Virus record (IMG/VR): IMGVR_UViG_3300043015_002491
Location: 1-64,000 of that record
Direction: 5' to 3' (one strand)
DNA length: 64,000 bases
Origin: a virus
This document shows, one piece after another, positions 10,967 to 18,793 of this stretch. Every line of letters starts with the position of its first letter. The stretch's first letter is position 1. Under the pieces are notes generated by a model. The model worked only from the letters and a program-made list of their open reading frames with translations, had not been told where the DNA came from and did not search any database. The position numbers were made by a program, and so were the translations under genes.

Positions 10967-11458
10967 TTAATCTTTATTATGCAACTCTAAATCTGTTATT
11001 TTTAAACAATAACAATCTCCCTTAAATTTCCACTCACAACCTTCAATAGTATCATCTATTTCCCCAGCCTTTCTGAAAGTGGCTTCTTTAAAGAAATCGT
11101 CTTTCTTTTTCCACCCAACAATCCAACCAGTTCTAAGTGATTTATGTACCACAACAAAGCAATACCAATCACACTTCTGCTTGGTGTTGTACGAGAATAT
11201 ATTATAAGTATGGTGTAACTCTGGTGGAACGTTCTGTTTTTTGGTTTTTACATCAACTTTTTTACCTTTAATTACTAAGTCATAATCATATTCACCAGCG
11301 TACTTAGCTTTTTCACCGTAATAATCCATAACGATAATTTCTCCCAAAGCACCAACTTCGTTACCCTTACCCTCTGTAACTGAACCTCTTAAAACATTAA
11401 ATTCGTATAACTCTTTACCCCTTTTTCTTTGGTCATCACTTATTTTTATCTTAATCAT
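10967..11458 (-). CDS. putative PD-(D/E)xK nuclease-like protein
   Basis: GALGE...YDYDL...VDVKTK pattern. Confidence 0.45.
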   Translation of the reverse strand: MIKIKISDDQRKRGKELYEFNVLRGSVTEGKGNEVGALGEIIVMDYYGEKAKYAGEYDYDLVIKGKKVDVKTKKQNVPPELHHTYNIFSYNTKQKCDWYCFVVVHKSLRTGWIVGWKKKDDFFKEATFRKAGEIDDTIEGCEWKFKGDCYCLKITDLELHNKD

Positions 11459-11469
11459 TAAATGTTTTT

Positions 11470-12036
11470 TTAATCATTAAAATTATATTCTTTTTTTGAA
11501 CCGTCAGCCTTAGAATATACAACCTTATTAGGTTTAAGAGTTAATACTTTATCATCATCAAGTGAACCACAATACTTTTTACCAGTACCAGCCTTAACAT
11601 AAGCAAGTGTTGAATGTGGGTGATAATCTGGGTAGTCAGTTGTATGAGGTAATTTAGTAAACATAGCATTCATGTCATGCAAATCTTGACCTTCAACATC
11701 AAATTTAACCACATCAAAACCTCTATTGGCGTTATCAAACATACCAATTTCTTTTAGTGTCACCTCTGGTGCTACCATCTTATCAACTAATTCTTCAATA
11801 GTTTCATCTGGAATGTCTGAATGAAGACCATAAAGAATGGTAACATGTGGTTCATTCTCTCTACCATATCCTGGGTCATCCTTCGTACCATGATAAATAT
11901 CTTCATCTTTTATTCTTGATTGAACTTCATTCCACCAATCTTGGTCTATGTCAAAGTATACCATAACACAACCATAGTCATAAACATTACCCTTTTCTTC
12001 TTTTAATAATTTATTAAAAATATCTGTTAATTTCAT
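11470..12036 (-). CDS. 2H phosphoesterase, Acb1/T4 gp57B-like (candidate anti-CBASS nuclease)
   Basis: two HxT/S motifs (PHVTILYGLH, YHPHSTLAY); GCVMVY N-terminus. Confidence 0.8.
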   Translation of the reverse strand: MKLTDIFNKLLKEEKGNVYDYGCVMVYFDIDQDWWNEVQSRIKDEDIYHGTKDDPGYGRENEPHVTILYGLHSDIPDETIEELVDKMVAPEVTLKEIGMFDNANRGFDVVKFDVEGQDLHDMNAMFTKLPHTTDYPDYHPHSTLAYVKAGTGKKYCGSLDDDKVLTLKPNKVVYSKADGSKKEYNFND

Positions 12037-12344
12037 ATCTTAGCTTTTTTATTTTGTTTTGAAACCCATTCAGTAAACTTAACCACTTTCTCATGTGTTA
12101 ATAGTTCTTCAACAGTGTTATATTTCCTACCCAATTCTGAGTGTGAAAAGTATTGATGGACCATAGGATGACAATCACCACATAGGTCTGCCCTACGGTT
12201 TTTCATTTCATCTCTTGAAAACATCTTCTTACACCAATTCTTAGAATGAATTTGTTTTGGTATAAGGTGGTGGGAAGTTGTTTCTTCTTCCCTACCACAT
12301 AAATCACATATACCTTCCATAAAACTTAATTTTACCACCACCAA
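12033..12344 (-). CDS. HNH endonuclease-like protein
   Basis: CDLC...HHLIPK...CGDCH..VH. Confidence 0.75.
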   Translation of the reverse strand: MVVVKLSFMEGICDLCGREEETTSHHLIPKQIHSKNWCKKMFSRDEMKNRRADLCGDCHPMVHQYFSHSELGRKYNTVEELLTHEKVVKFTEWVSKQNKKAKI

Positions 12345-13033
12345 TACATACCTCTGGTTTTGTAAGAAGAATAAAACTCGTCTTCTAATTCACCATTGTT
12401 ATAGGTATTGATGATTTCTCTATTTTCTTTTCTGTGTTTCCCCTTAGCTTTACGTCTTTCAACTTTTCTCCACCATTTAGGTACAGACCAACCACCATAC
12501 GGATTATCGCTGATATTATAAAGCTTAGACTTTAACTCAGCTTCTTCTTGGTAAAGTATTTCATCATGTTCTTTATAGTGTGTTATATAAGAACGTGATT
12601 TCTTCATCACCAATTTCCAAGGTTCAATATCAACCTTGTATTTAGGTCTCCACCAGTAATTTTTATCACTAGTATCTAACCTAAAATATTTTTGAAGACA
12701 TGACGGATAACTTAAATAAGTAGATTCATCAATTTTCTTAAAGTAAGGTTTAATGTCTTGCCACTTATTATTGTTTCTCCATTCCTTAACCCTAAAGTCC
12801 TTTCTCTTAGACCAAACCTCAACACCTAGATTATCAATAATCCATTGTAAGATTTCACCATCTGGACTCTTAGCGATGTCTTCTCTTAATACCCACTCAC
12901 CATTATAGCCGTGGGGGATAGGCTTCTCCAATTCAATCCAAGCTTGGTTGCGTTTGTGTTGCCAGTTTTTGTCAAGCTCTTTCTTAGTTCTAATTAGAGC
13001 TTTTTCCTTTTCAAAATACTTATTTCTCTTCAT
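12332..13033 (-). CDS. hypothetical basic Trp-rich protein
   Basis: 233 aa; PKWWRKVERRKAK segment; ends YWWW. Confidence 0.6.
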   Translation of the reverse strand: MKRNKYFEKEKALIRTKKELDKNWQHKRNQAWIELEKPIPHGYNGEWVLREDIAKSPDGEILQWIIDNLGVEVWSKRKDFRVKEWRNNNKWQDIKPYFKKIDESTYLSYPSCLQKYFRLDTSDKNYWWRPKYKVDIEPWKLVMKKSRSYITHYKEHDEILYQEEAELKSKLYNISDNPYGGWSVPKWWRKVERRKAKGKHRKENREIINTYNNGELEDEFYSSYKTRGMYWWW

Positions 13034-13054
13034 TTAACATAGGATTTAATACAC

Positions 13055-13108
13055 TTAGTTGTGTATTCGCCCTATGCCTCCTGTAGAAGTACTATTTAAT
13101 TTAATCAT
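13055..13108 (-). CDS. putative uORF MIKLNSTSTGGIGRIHN overlapping a hairpin in front of 12332..13033
   Basis: 17-codon ORF; CATAGGG..AATACAC pairs with GTGTATT..TCCTATG just before the downstream ATG. Confidence 0.4.
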   Translation of the reverse strand: MIKLNSTSTGGIGRIHN

Positions 13109-13452
13109 ATTATAATTTTTATTATTGCATTTCTTCTTTTGCAATATCTATTTCATCCTTATCTTCACCAATAAAATTATCATGTAAATAATCGATACAC
13201 ATTTTAGCCGATTTCTTAGCTTCAAAATATTTACTATCTTCAGCTAATTGGATTAGTGTACCTAACGCATTACAAATGGTTGTCATATCATCTAACACCA
13301 TTTTCTTAGCTGTACTCTCATCCTTGATTGTTTCAACAAGGTTTTCTGGTTTGGAAATTCTGATTGGGTCTTCCCTTTCAGAATCCATATCTATCATAAC
13401 TATATTTTTCATGTAACAAATATAAGACTAATTAATTAAAAAATCAAGTTAT

Positions 13453-14439
13453 TTATAATTTATTTAATTGGTCCATCTTTTTAGCTTGGTTCTTTTTCTT
13501 TAAATTTTTAATTTTATCATAATGACCAGCTTTTTTGTTTTGTTTAAGAGCTTCAGCGGCTTCTGAACCAGCTGGTTGACCGCCATGTAACAATAAAGCG
13601 AAATTATCATCACTACCCCATGCTAATGAATCATCAACATCTATCTTAAGACCTAACTCTTTAGCTTTTTCTGGTGTGTAAACAACAACACTATATCTAA
13701 GGTTATTATCCATGATAGTTTTTGCGTTGTTCTTATCCATTGATGCTATAAGTTTAAAATTTGATGGTACAGAACTTCTATTAGCTAACCAAAACTTTAA
13801 TGAAGTTGTATACGCATAAAATAAAGTATTAGGGAAAGCTTTAGCTGTTTCCATCCAAGCTTTAAAATAATCAGAAGAAAAGAAATCACCAGCCTCATGT
13901 ACCCTAATCAATTTTTCACCTTCTAAACCATGATATTTAATTGATTTAATTAATAAATCTTTCATACCTTCCATACCATTTTCTTTTCTGGCACCATTTA
14001 ATAAATCTAAATTTTTATGAGCATTTTTATAGGCTGCTGGGTATTGGGATTGTGCTCTTGCTGCATAACATCTAAATTCAGCTTCTTTACCTTGTAATAA
14101 TGAAGAACCATCAGAAAATTTCTTACCACCTGGTTCGGCAGCAAAAGTTTTACATGTAGTTGCTAATGGACATGTAAAACCAGCTGGTAGTGAAAAATAT
14201 GGCCAATCTAATTTAGAATTACCACCTTCACTAAATGTTAACACACAATCTTTATTCGCATCAATAGGCTCACTTATTACTTCCGAATCATCAGAACCAT
14301 CTATATGACCAAATACGTCAAAATCTTCTTCTTCAAACATATATTGTCTAATGAAATGTGTCCCACAAGAACCACCCATGACTTCATTAATTAAGTGGTT
14401 TTTCATTAAACCTTCCCTAAGCAAATTCTTAATACTCAT
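13453..14439 (-). CDS. Gp88-like (radical-SAM-like) phage protein
   Basis: FSLPAGFTCPLATTC...CYA, RVHEAGDFF and FYAYT. Confidence 0.65.
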   Translation of the reverse strand: MSIKNLLREGLMKNHLINEVMGGSCGTHFIRQYMFEEEDFDVFGHIDGSDDSEVISEPIDANKDCVLTFSEGGNSKLDWPYFSLPAGFTCPLATTCKTFAAEPGGKKFSDGSSLLQGKEAEFRCYAARAQSQYPAAYKNAHKNLDLLNGARKENGMEGMKDLLIKSIKYHGLEGEKLIRVHEAGDFFSSDYFKAWMETAKAFPNTLFYAYTTSLKFWLANRSSVPSNFKLIASMDKNNAKTIMDNNLRYSVVVYTPEKAKELGLKIDVDDSLAWGSDDNFALLLHGGQPAGSEAAEALKQNKKAGHYDKIKNLKKKNQAKKMDQLNKL

Positions 14440-14526
14440 ATTTTTTTTCTTTTACTATAAATATAAAAAAATATATAAAAAGTTTGGGTATTAAAATATA
14501 AGACGTATTGAGAATATAAAAATAAG

Positions 14527-14598
14527 TTCCCCCAGGGAATTTCGAAATCCCGACCCCTCCGTTAAAAGCGGAGTGCTCTGCCTCTGAGCTATGAGGGA
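14527..14598 (-). tRNA. tRNA-Lys(TTT)
   Basis: cloverleaf; anticodon arm CTCCG-CTTTTAA-CGGAG. Confidence 0.92.
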
Positions 14599-14626
14599 AT
14601 AAAATGCCTCTCTCGGCATCCGTCAC

Positions 14627-14730
14627 AACATTTTGTATTCTGTTAACCTATCTGAACTCTAAGACTCATTCGTCTTTTACAGACATGGACATCCATTATC
14701 AAGTTCGGGTCCTAACGGTAAAATCTTGTT
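14627..14730 (-). ncRNA. candidate 6S-like RNA
   Basis: rod-like pairing GTTA/TAAC, ACC/GGT, GAACT/AGTTC around an open centre; between tRNA genes. Confidence 0.4.
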
Positions 14731-14743
14731 AAAAACCAGTATG

Positions 14744-14824
14744 AGCGGGTAGTCAGAATCGAACTGACATCGCTGCATTGGAAGTGCAGTATAATACGCT
14801 TTCGCTCCGTTATACGATACCCGC
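14744..14824 (-). tRNA. tRNA-Gly(TCC) with expanded D-loop
   Basis: loop CTTCCAA; D-loop contains extra AGCGAAAGCG. Confidence 0.85.
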
Positions 14825-14829
14825 AATTG

Positions 14830-14903
14830 AGCCCACCACCAGAATCGAACTGGTATCTACGGTTTACAAGACCGTTGTAATAAAGCCGTTATACTAGGTG
14901 GGC
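14830..14903 (-). tRNA. tRNA-Thr(TGT)
   Basis: ACGGT-CTTGTAA-ACCGT. Confidence 0.9.
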
Positions 14904-14910
14904 TTATTAG

Positions 14911-14995
14911 TGGGAGCCGCTGGAATCGAACCAGCACCTATACAGGGCTACAGTTTTACAGACTGCCTCAACCAACCAATAGTTGACTCACTCCC
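14911..14995 (-). tRNA. tRNA-Tyr(GTA), divergent copy
   Basis: loop CTGTAAA; long variable arm; imperfect base of acceptor stem. Confidence 0.75.
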
Positions 14996-15046
14996 AAATT
15001 GACTTTTTACCTTATCCAAACGTAAGCTTAAAGTCTAACAGCGTAG

Positions 15047-15129
15047 TGGGCCTGGTAGGATTCGAACCTACACGCTCCGAAGAGACCAGATTTACAGTCT
15101 GGCGAGCCAACCAATTGCTCAACAGACCC
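15047..15129 (-). tRNA. tRNA-Tyr(GTA)
   Basis: CCAGA-CTGTAAA-TCTGG; long variable arm. Confidence 0.92.
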
Positions 15130-15134
15130 AAATA

Positions 15135-15191
15135 CAGAATGCGCTTTTATATTTACCCAAAAAATAGTTTAAATTTTGCTGAATGCATTCT
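15135..15191 (-). ncRNA. CAGCAA-family small RNA with Pro(TGG) anticodon stem-loop
   Basis: AGAATGC-ATTCAGCAA...TATTT-TTTGGGT-AAATA...GCATTCTG. Confidence 0.7.
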
Positions 15192-15195
15192 TTAG

Positions 15196-15269
15196 CTACC
15201 CAGGGAGGCCTCGAACCTCCAAATTCCACATTCAAAGTGTGGTGACTTTGCCAATTTGTCTACTGGGCA
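15196..15269 (-). tRNA. tRNA-Gln(TTG)
   Basis: CCACA-CTTTGAA-TGTGG. Confidence 0.88.
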
Positions 15270-15323
15270 ATAATGATTTTTTGTATCCTTTACCAAGAAA
15301 GCTTAAAATCTAACAGCATTATG

Positions 15324-15419
15324 TCTGGGGAATGGGATTCGAACCCATGGCAGACACTACCCTTGTGCCCGCACCACGTCCCAAGCGTGGCCACTTCAAC
15401 CTTACTCGTGCATCCCCAG
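15324..15419 (-). tRNA. tRNA-Pro(TGG) with 8-bp variable arm
   Basis: CCACG-CTTGGGA-CGTGG; variable stem GCGGGCAC/GTGTCTGC. Confidence 0.8.
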
Positions 15420-15430
15420 TTTAATTATAG

Positions 15431-15505
15431 TCGGATAGACTGGACTCGAACCAGCACAATGTCCTCATCCCAAATGAGGCGAGATACCAATTTCTCTACT
15501 ACCCG
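15431..15505 (-). tRNA. tRNA-Pro(TGG)
   Basis: CTCA-TTTGGGA-TGAG. Confidence 0.9.
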
Positions 15506-15568
15506 ATTAATTCTCAATACGTCAATGAACATTCTGATTATTTAATCTCTATCAGAAAAAAAGAGCAT

Positions 15569-15602
15569 AAAAAAACCCGTCTCAGTTTTCCTGGACGGGT
15601 TT
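15569..15602 (-). terminator. attenuator terminator of tRNA operon 1
   Basis: AAACCCGTCCAG-GAAAA-CTGAGACGGG-T7; 5' arm complementary to GGCGGGTTT (15664-15672) in the leader ORF. Confidence 0.85.
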
Positions 15603-15626
15603 CTATATCTTTTGAACCTTATGTGA

Positions 15627-15734
15627 TTACAATGTAGTTAAATCACTTTCAGTTAAACATAGCAAACCCGCCACACTCGGCTTCCCGCCTTGCGTATACT
15701 GTTTCGGTTGATATGTCGTAACTGTTAAGTTCAT
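15627..15734 (-). CDS. leader peptide 1 (MNLTVTTYQPKQYTQGGKPSVAGLLCLTESDLTTL)
   Basis: 35 aa ORF between promoter and terminator; codons 6-19 all T/Y/Q/P/K/G. Confidence 0.85.
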   Translation of the reverse strand: MNLTVTTYQPKQYTQGGKPSVAGLLCLTESDLTTL

Positions 15735-15784
15735 TTTTTCTATTTTTTAAATTATTAAATTTGTTCGTTTAATTTATATATATG

Positions 15785-15816
15785 CAAATATATGGTAAAA
15801 GTTTCAATTTGTCAAG
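15785..15816 (-). promoter_or_regulatory. Bacteroidota-type sigma-A promoter, tRNA operon 1
   Basis: CTTGAC...GAAACTTT...TATATTTG (-33/-7 TAnnTTTG); near-identical at four loci. Confidence 0.8.
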
Positions 15817-15870
15817 TATTTTTCAAAATATTTTTAAACTTTTTTATATGTGCTTGATAATCAAGTATTT

Positions 15871-16269
15871 TTATAAATTATTTTTATCCCTAGCTTTTAT
15901 CTCATCCCTAATCTTAGCTGCATCTTCATATCTTTCTTCTTCAATAGCGATTGCAAGTCTATCTTCTAGAGATATTTTCTTTTTAGTTTTAGGTGTGAAG
16001 CCAGTATCAAGTGGTGAATGAATCATTTCAACCTTAACTATTGAACCATGTTCTGTTTCCCAAACACTTCTTTTGAATTTATAACCATTCTCTTCAAATT
16101 CAGTAACTTCATTAGGTTCACCTAATTCACTTTCATATGGATTAGTAGTGTCATCATTTAATTCACTAAAGTCATTTAACTTATTTATTAAATCTCTCAT
16201 ACCTTTTAAGGGGTCATTTGATTTCTTCCCAAAGAAGTCATCAAATAAATCATCAAAATCATTAAACAT
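15871..16269 (-). CDS. UVR (UvrB/C) domain protein
   Basis: C-terminal LAIAIEEERYEDAAKIRDEI; likely start MFNDFDD. Confidence 0.7.
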   Translation of the reverse strand: MFNDFDDLFDDFFGKKSNDPLKGMRDLINKLNDFSELNDDTTNPYESELGEPNEVTEFEENGYKFKRSVWETEHGSIVKVEMIHSPLDTGFTPKTKKKISLEDRLAIAIEEERYEDAAKIRDEIKARDKNNL

Positions 16270-16952
16270 AATATTATTTTTTATTTTTGTTATACGATTA
16301 ATTGTACAAAATAGATACCATTTATTTTTTTCTGCCAATATGTCTGTATCTATATCTAATAGATGTCAAAAGATACCTAAATGGATTAATTTTAAGTAAA
16401 TAGAAATATAGTCCAAATAATGAAACTGATAATAGGTAAAAAATAGAAGTGGTAATTACATAGGAATCTCCTGTCGCTTTTAAAACCATGTAAAAAAGGG
16501 CATCGTACCCTAATGGGTTCATAAACATCGCCATCATTAGAACGATTGTGGCTATTTTCTTTCTGTTTACTACCCTCATCATCCATATTGTTTAAACTTT
16601 GTGTTACCATATTATTAAAATAAGCTAGTTTGATTTGGAAGCATGTTCTTCCAATATTCAAGCTGCTCATCAAGCTTCTTAATCTTTTTGTTAATAGAAG
16701 CCCTTTCTCTTACTAATTGCTTTCTAGCTTCAGTAAGTTCTCTTAATTTATTGTTAATATCGTCTTGACTGATTGTATTATTCTCAGCTAAGATGTTTAA
16801 CTTTTCTTTAATCTTCTTTTTCATATTATATAAATATGAGCATCTTGGTTTAAATACAAAAAAGTTAAGGCCAGTGGCTACCATTCTAGATGGAGTTCGG
16901 AGATTACTATTTCACACTTAGGACCCTAAGACCTTAACCTTTATATTATTAG

Positions 16953-17022
16953 TAGTACTGCTGGGATTCGAACCCAGGTCTCCCCCTCAACGGGAGCGTC
17001 TTGACCGCTACACCACAGTACG
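16953..17022 (-). tRNA. atypical tRNA-like gene (loop GTTGAGG, nominal TGA)
   Basis: T arm CTGGG-TTCGAAT-CCCAG and acceptor GTACTG/CAGTAC; non-canonical anticodon loop. Confidence 0.55.
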
Positions 17023-17107
17023 ACTCTAAGGGAGCGACCCCTAGAGTAAGGAATGTTAGATACTAAGCTTTGGGAGCGACCCATCGCATCATACCCACTA
17101 CCCCTAG

Positions 17108-17232
17108 TCGGAAGGGCTAGATTCGAACTAGCATCAAGTGGTTCCCATAGCTTTTAAATTGCTGAACTTAACCTTTTAAAACAGATTAATCTTTTTGCAT
17201 TACCACCGCCTCACCAGTTGGGCTACCTTCCG
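17108..17232 (-). ncRNA. tRNA body with anticodon loop replaced by ~60-nt CAGCAA module
   Basis: acceptor CGGAAGG/CCTTCCG, D and T arms intact; GTGGT/ACCAC stem encloses TTAATCTG-TTTTAAA-AGGTTAAGTTCAGCAA. Confidence 0.7.
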
Positions 17233-17277
17233 TTTAAAAGGAAGTGTTGTTAAAACGTTTTACCGCACCATTAATAT

Positions 17278-17340
17278 CAGAGTGACTTTTACGTAAATCA
17301 AATTAAAAGTTTGAGCGTTAAAAATTGCTGAAATCACTCT
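17278..17340 (-). ncRNA. CAGCAA-family small RNA with Lys(TTT) anticodon stem-loop
   Basis: AGAGTGA-TTTCAGCAA...TCAAA-CTTTTAA-TTTGA...TCACTCTG. Confidence 0.7.
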
Positions 17341-17364
17341 TTATATTCCTAATATTTTTGATAT

Positions 17365-17482
17365 CAGAATGGGACTTAATACGTGCTCTACCAATTGAGC
17401 TACTTGCCCAGAAGGACAAGGCTGGACTCGAACCAACAACAACGAGCTTAACAGGCTAAAATTTAATTGCTGTAGCCATTCT
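17365..17482 (-). ncRNA. CAGCAA-family RNA with circularly permuted tRNA(Asn)-like module (YrlA-like)
   Basis: AGAATGG-CTACAGCAA, AGC-CTGTTAA-GCT, T arm, acceptor closed by loop (CTTGTCC-TTCT-GGGCAAG), D arm, CCATTCTG. Confidence 0.8.
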
Positions 17483-17746
17483 TTATATATCTTATCTAAT
17501 CTCTCAAAGAACTATGGTACAAACTTACAACTTATTTTTTAATTATGCAAGTTTTTTTTTTATTTTTTTTTAAGATTTTTATTACCCTTTGTATGGATAG
17601 GGTCAAAAGGGCAATGCCTACAACCACTCCCACAACATATAGACCTACGTTTTAAGTAGGATTCTGTATATATTATTTTGCCATTCTCTAAATAATAATC
17701 TTTACCTTCTTCAAATCTAAAATCACTCATATTAATTAATATTTAG

Positions 17747-17819
17747 TGGAGCCACCGATACTCGAAATCGGAACTGCTGGTTGCAAACCAACTATTATCA
17801 CCACTTTAACTATGGCCCC
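17747..17819 (-). tRNA. tRNA-Ala(TGC)
   Basis: loop TTTGCAA; GGGGCCA/TGGCTCC with G3:U70. Confidence 0.88.
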
Positions 17820-17953
17820 AGTTTTGTTAGATTTCGTACCGTTATCACACTTCAGTACAAGTCACTTTCAATTTATCTAACACACTTCCTATGCTGGCTA
17901 ACTGGGTTATTTAAGCGAAATACGCCCCCAGCGCCTTTATGTGACACCGTTAG

Positions 17954-18030
17954 CGGTCTAGGAGGGTTTCGAACCCTCGTTTTAGAGCAGAGACAGTGCA
18001 ATTCCCCCCACCATGGGGGCTTACTAGACC
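17954..18030 (-). tRNA. tRNA-Asp(GTC), divergent copy
   Basis: loop CTGTCTC; acceptor GGTCTAG/CTAGACC; unusual D arm. Confidence 0.65.
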
Positions 18031-18085
18031 GTGCACTAACTAAGGGGGATGATTAAGCCCCAATCAATTGTCGTAGTTAGTAAAG

Positions 18086-18158
18086 CGGACGTGACGGGAG
18101 TTGAACCCGCTCCGAACTGCGTGACAGGCAGACATCTTAACCGTTTGACCTCACGTCC
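18086..18158 (-). tRNA. tRNA-Asp(GTC)
   Basis: CTGC-CTGTCAC-GCAG. Confidence 0.85.
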
Positions 18159-18232
18159 GTAATTGATAGTCTTTCCTATCAGTCATACTCAAAACTCCCA
18201 CTGGTCGTAACTCCAGTTATAGAGAGCGTTTG

Positions 18233-18317
18233 TAATGCGGACGGGGTTCGAACCCGCAATACCCAAGAGGGTCCAGATTGAAAGTCTGGTCGCTTAAACC
18301 AATTTGCATACCGCATC
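18233..18317 (-). tRNA. tRNA-Glu(TTC) with long variable arm
   Basis: CCAGA-CTTTCAA-TCTGG; variable arm ACCC-TCTT-GGGT. Confidence 0.8.
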
Positions 18318-18322
18318 ATATG

Positions 18323-18396
18323 TAACCCAGACGGGGCTCGAACCCGCAATCTCCACAGTGAAAGTGTGACGACTTAACCAGTTTGTCCACTGGGTC
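18323..18396 (-). tRNA. tRNA-Glu(TTC)
   Basis: CACA-CTTTCAC-TGTG. Confidence 0.88.
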
Positions 18397-18431
18397 AAAT
18401 TAAACCAAAATGTCAAAGAACTATTCTTTTG

Positions 18432-18503
18432 TGCGACCCCTCAGATTCGAACTGAGACCTCCTGGGCTTCAACCAGGCGAGCTACCATTAACTCCAGAGC
18501 CAC
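18432..18503 (-). tRNA. tRNA-Phe(GAA)
   Basis: CCTGG-TTGAAGC-CCAGG. Confidence 0.85.
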
Positions 18504-18513
18504 ATATGGGCAT

Positions 18514-18544
18514 AAAAAAAGGCCCTCCGTTTCGGGAGAGCCTT
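18514..18544 (-). terminator. attenuator terminator of tRNA operon 2
   Basis: AAGGCTCTCCCG-AAA-CGGAGGGCC-T7; 5' arm complementary to GGGAGAGTC (18594-18602) in the leader ORF. Confidence 0.85.
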
Positions 18545-18574
18545 CTTATCTAAGCTTTTATGTTTTTATAACAT

Positions 18575-18667
18575 TTAACTTATGACAATACTTGACTCTC
18601 CCAGGCTAAAATCGGCCTCAGCAAACGCTTCAAAAGCAAAATCAAATATGTTGTTAAATGTTCTCAT
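18575..18667 (-). CDS. leader peptide 2 (MRTFNNIFDFAFEAFAEADFSLGESSIVIS)
   Basis: 30 aa ORF; codons 8-20 all F/D/A/E. Confidence 0.85.
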   Translation of the reverse strand: MRTFNNIFDFAFEAFAEADFSLGESSIVIS

Positions 18668-18716
18668 TATTTCTATTTTTTAAATATTAAATTTTTTTGT
18701 TTTAATTATATATATG

Positions 18717-18748
18717 CAAATATAGGTCTAAAGTTTCAAAAAAGCAAG
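18717..18748 (-). promoter_or_regulatory. sigma-A promoter, tRNA operon 2
   Basis: CTTGC...GAAACTTT...TATATTTG. Confidence 0.8.
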
Positions 18749-18793
18749 TATTTTTACAAATTATTTTTAAAATTTTTTTTAATTACTTCATTA

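Noticed and set aside
14429-15545. ORFs 14429..14626, 14983..15195 and 15273..15545
   Set aside because: They overlap tRNA genes and are shadow frames.
15569-15816. T-box riboswitch explanation for the tRNA operon leaders
   Set aside because: No T-box consensus or Stem I specifier structure was seen; a translated leader explains the pattern better.
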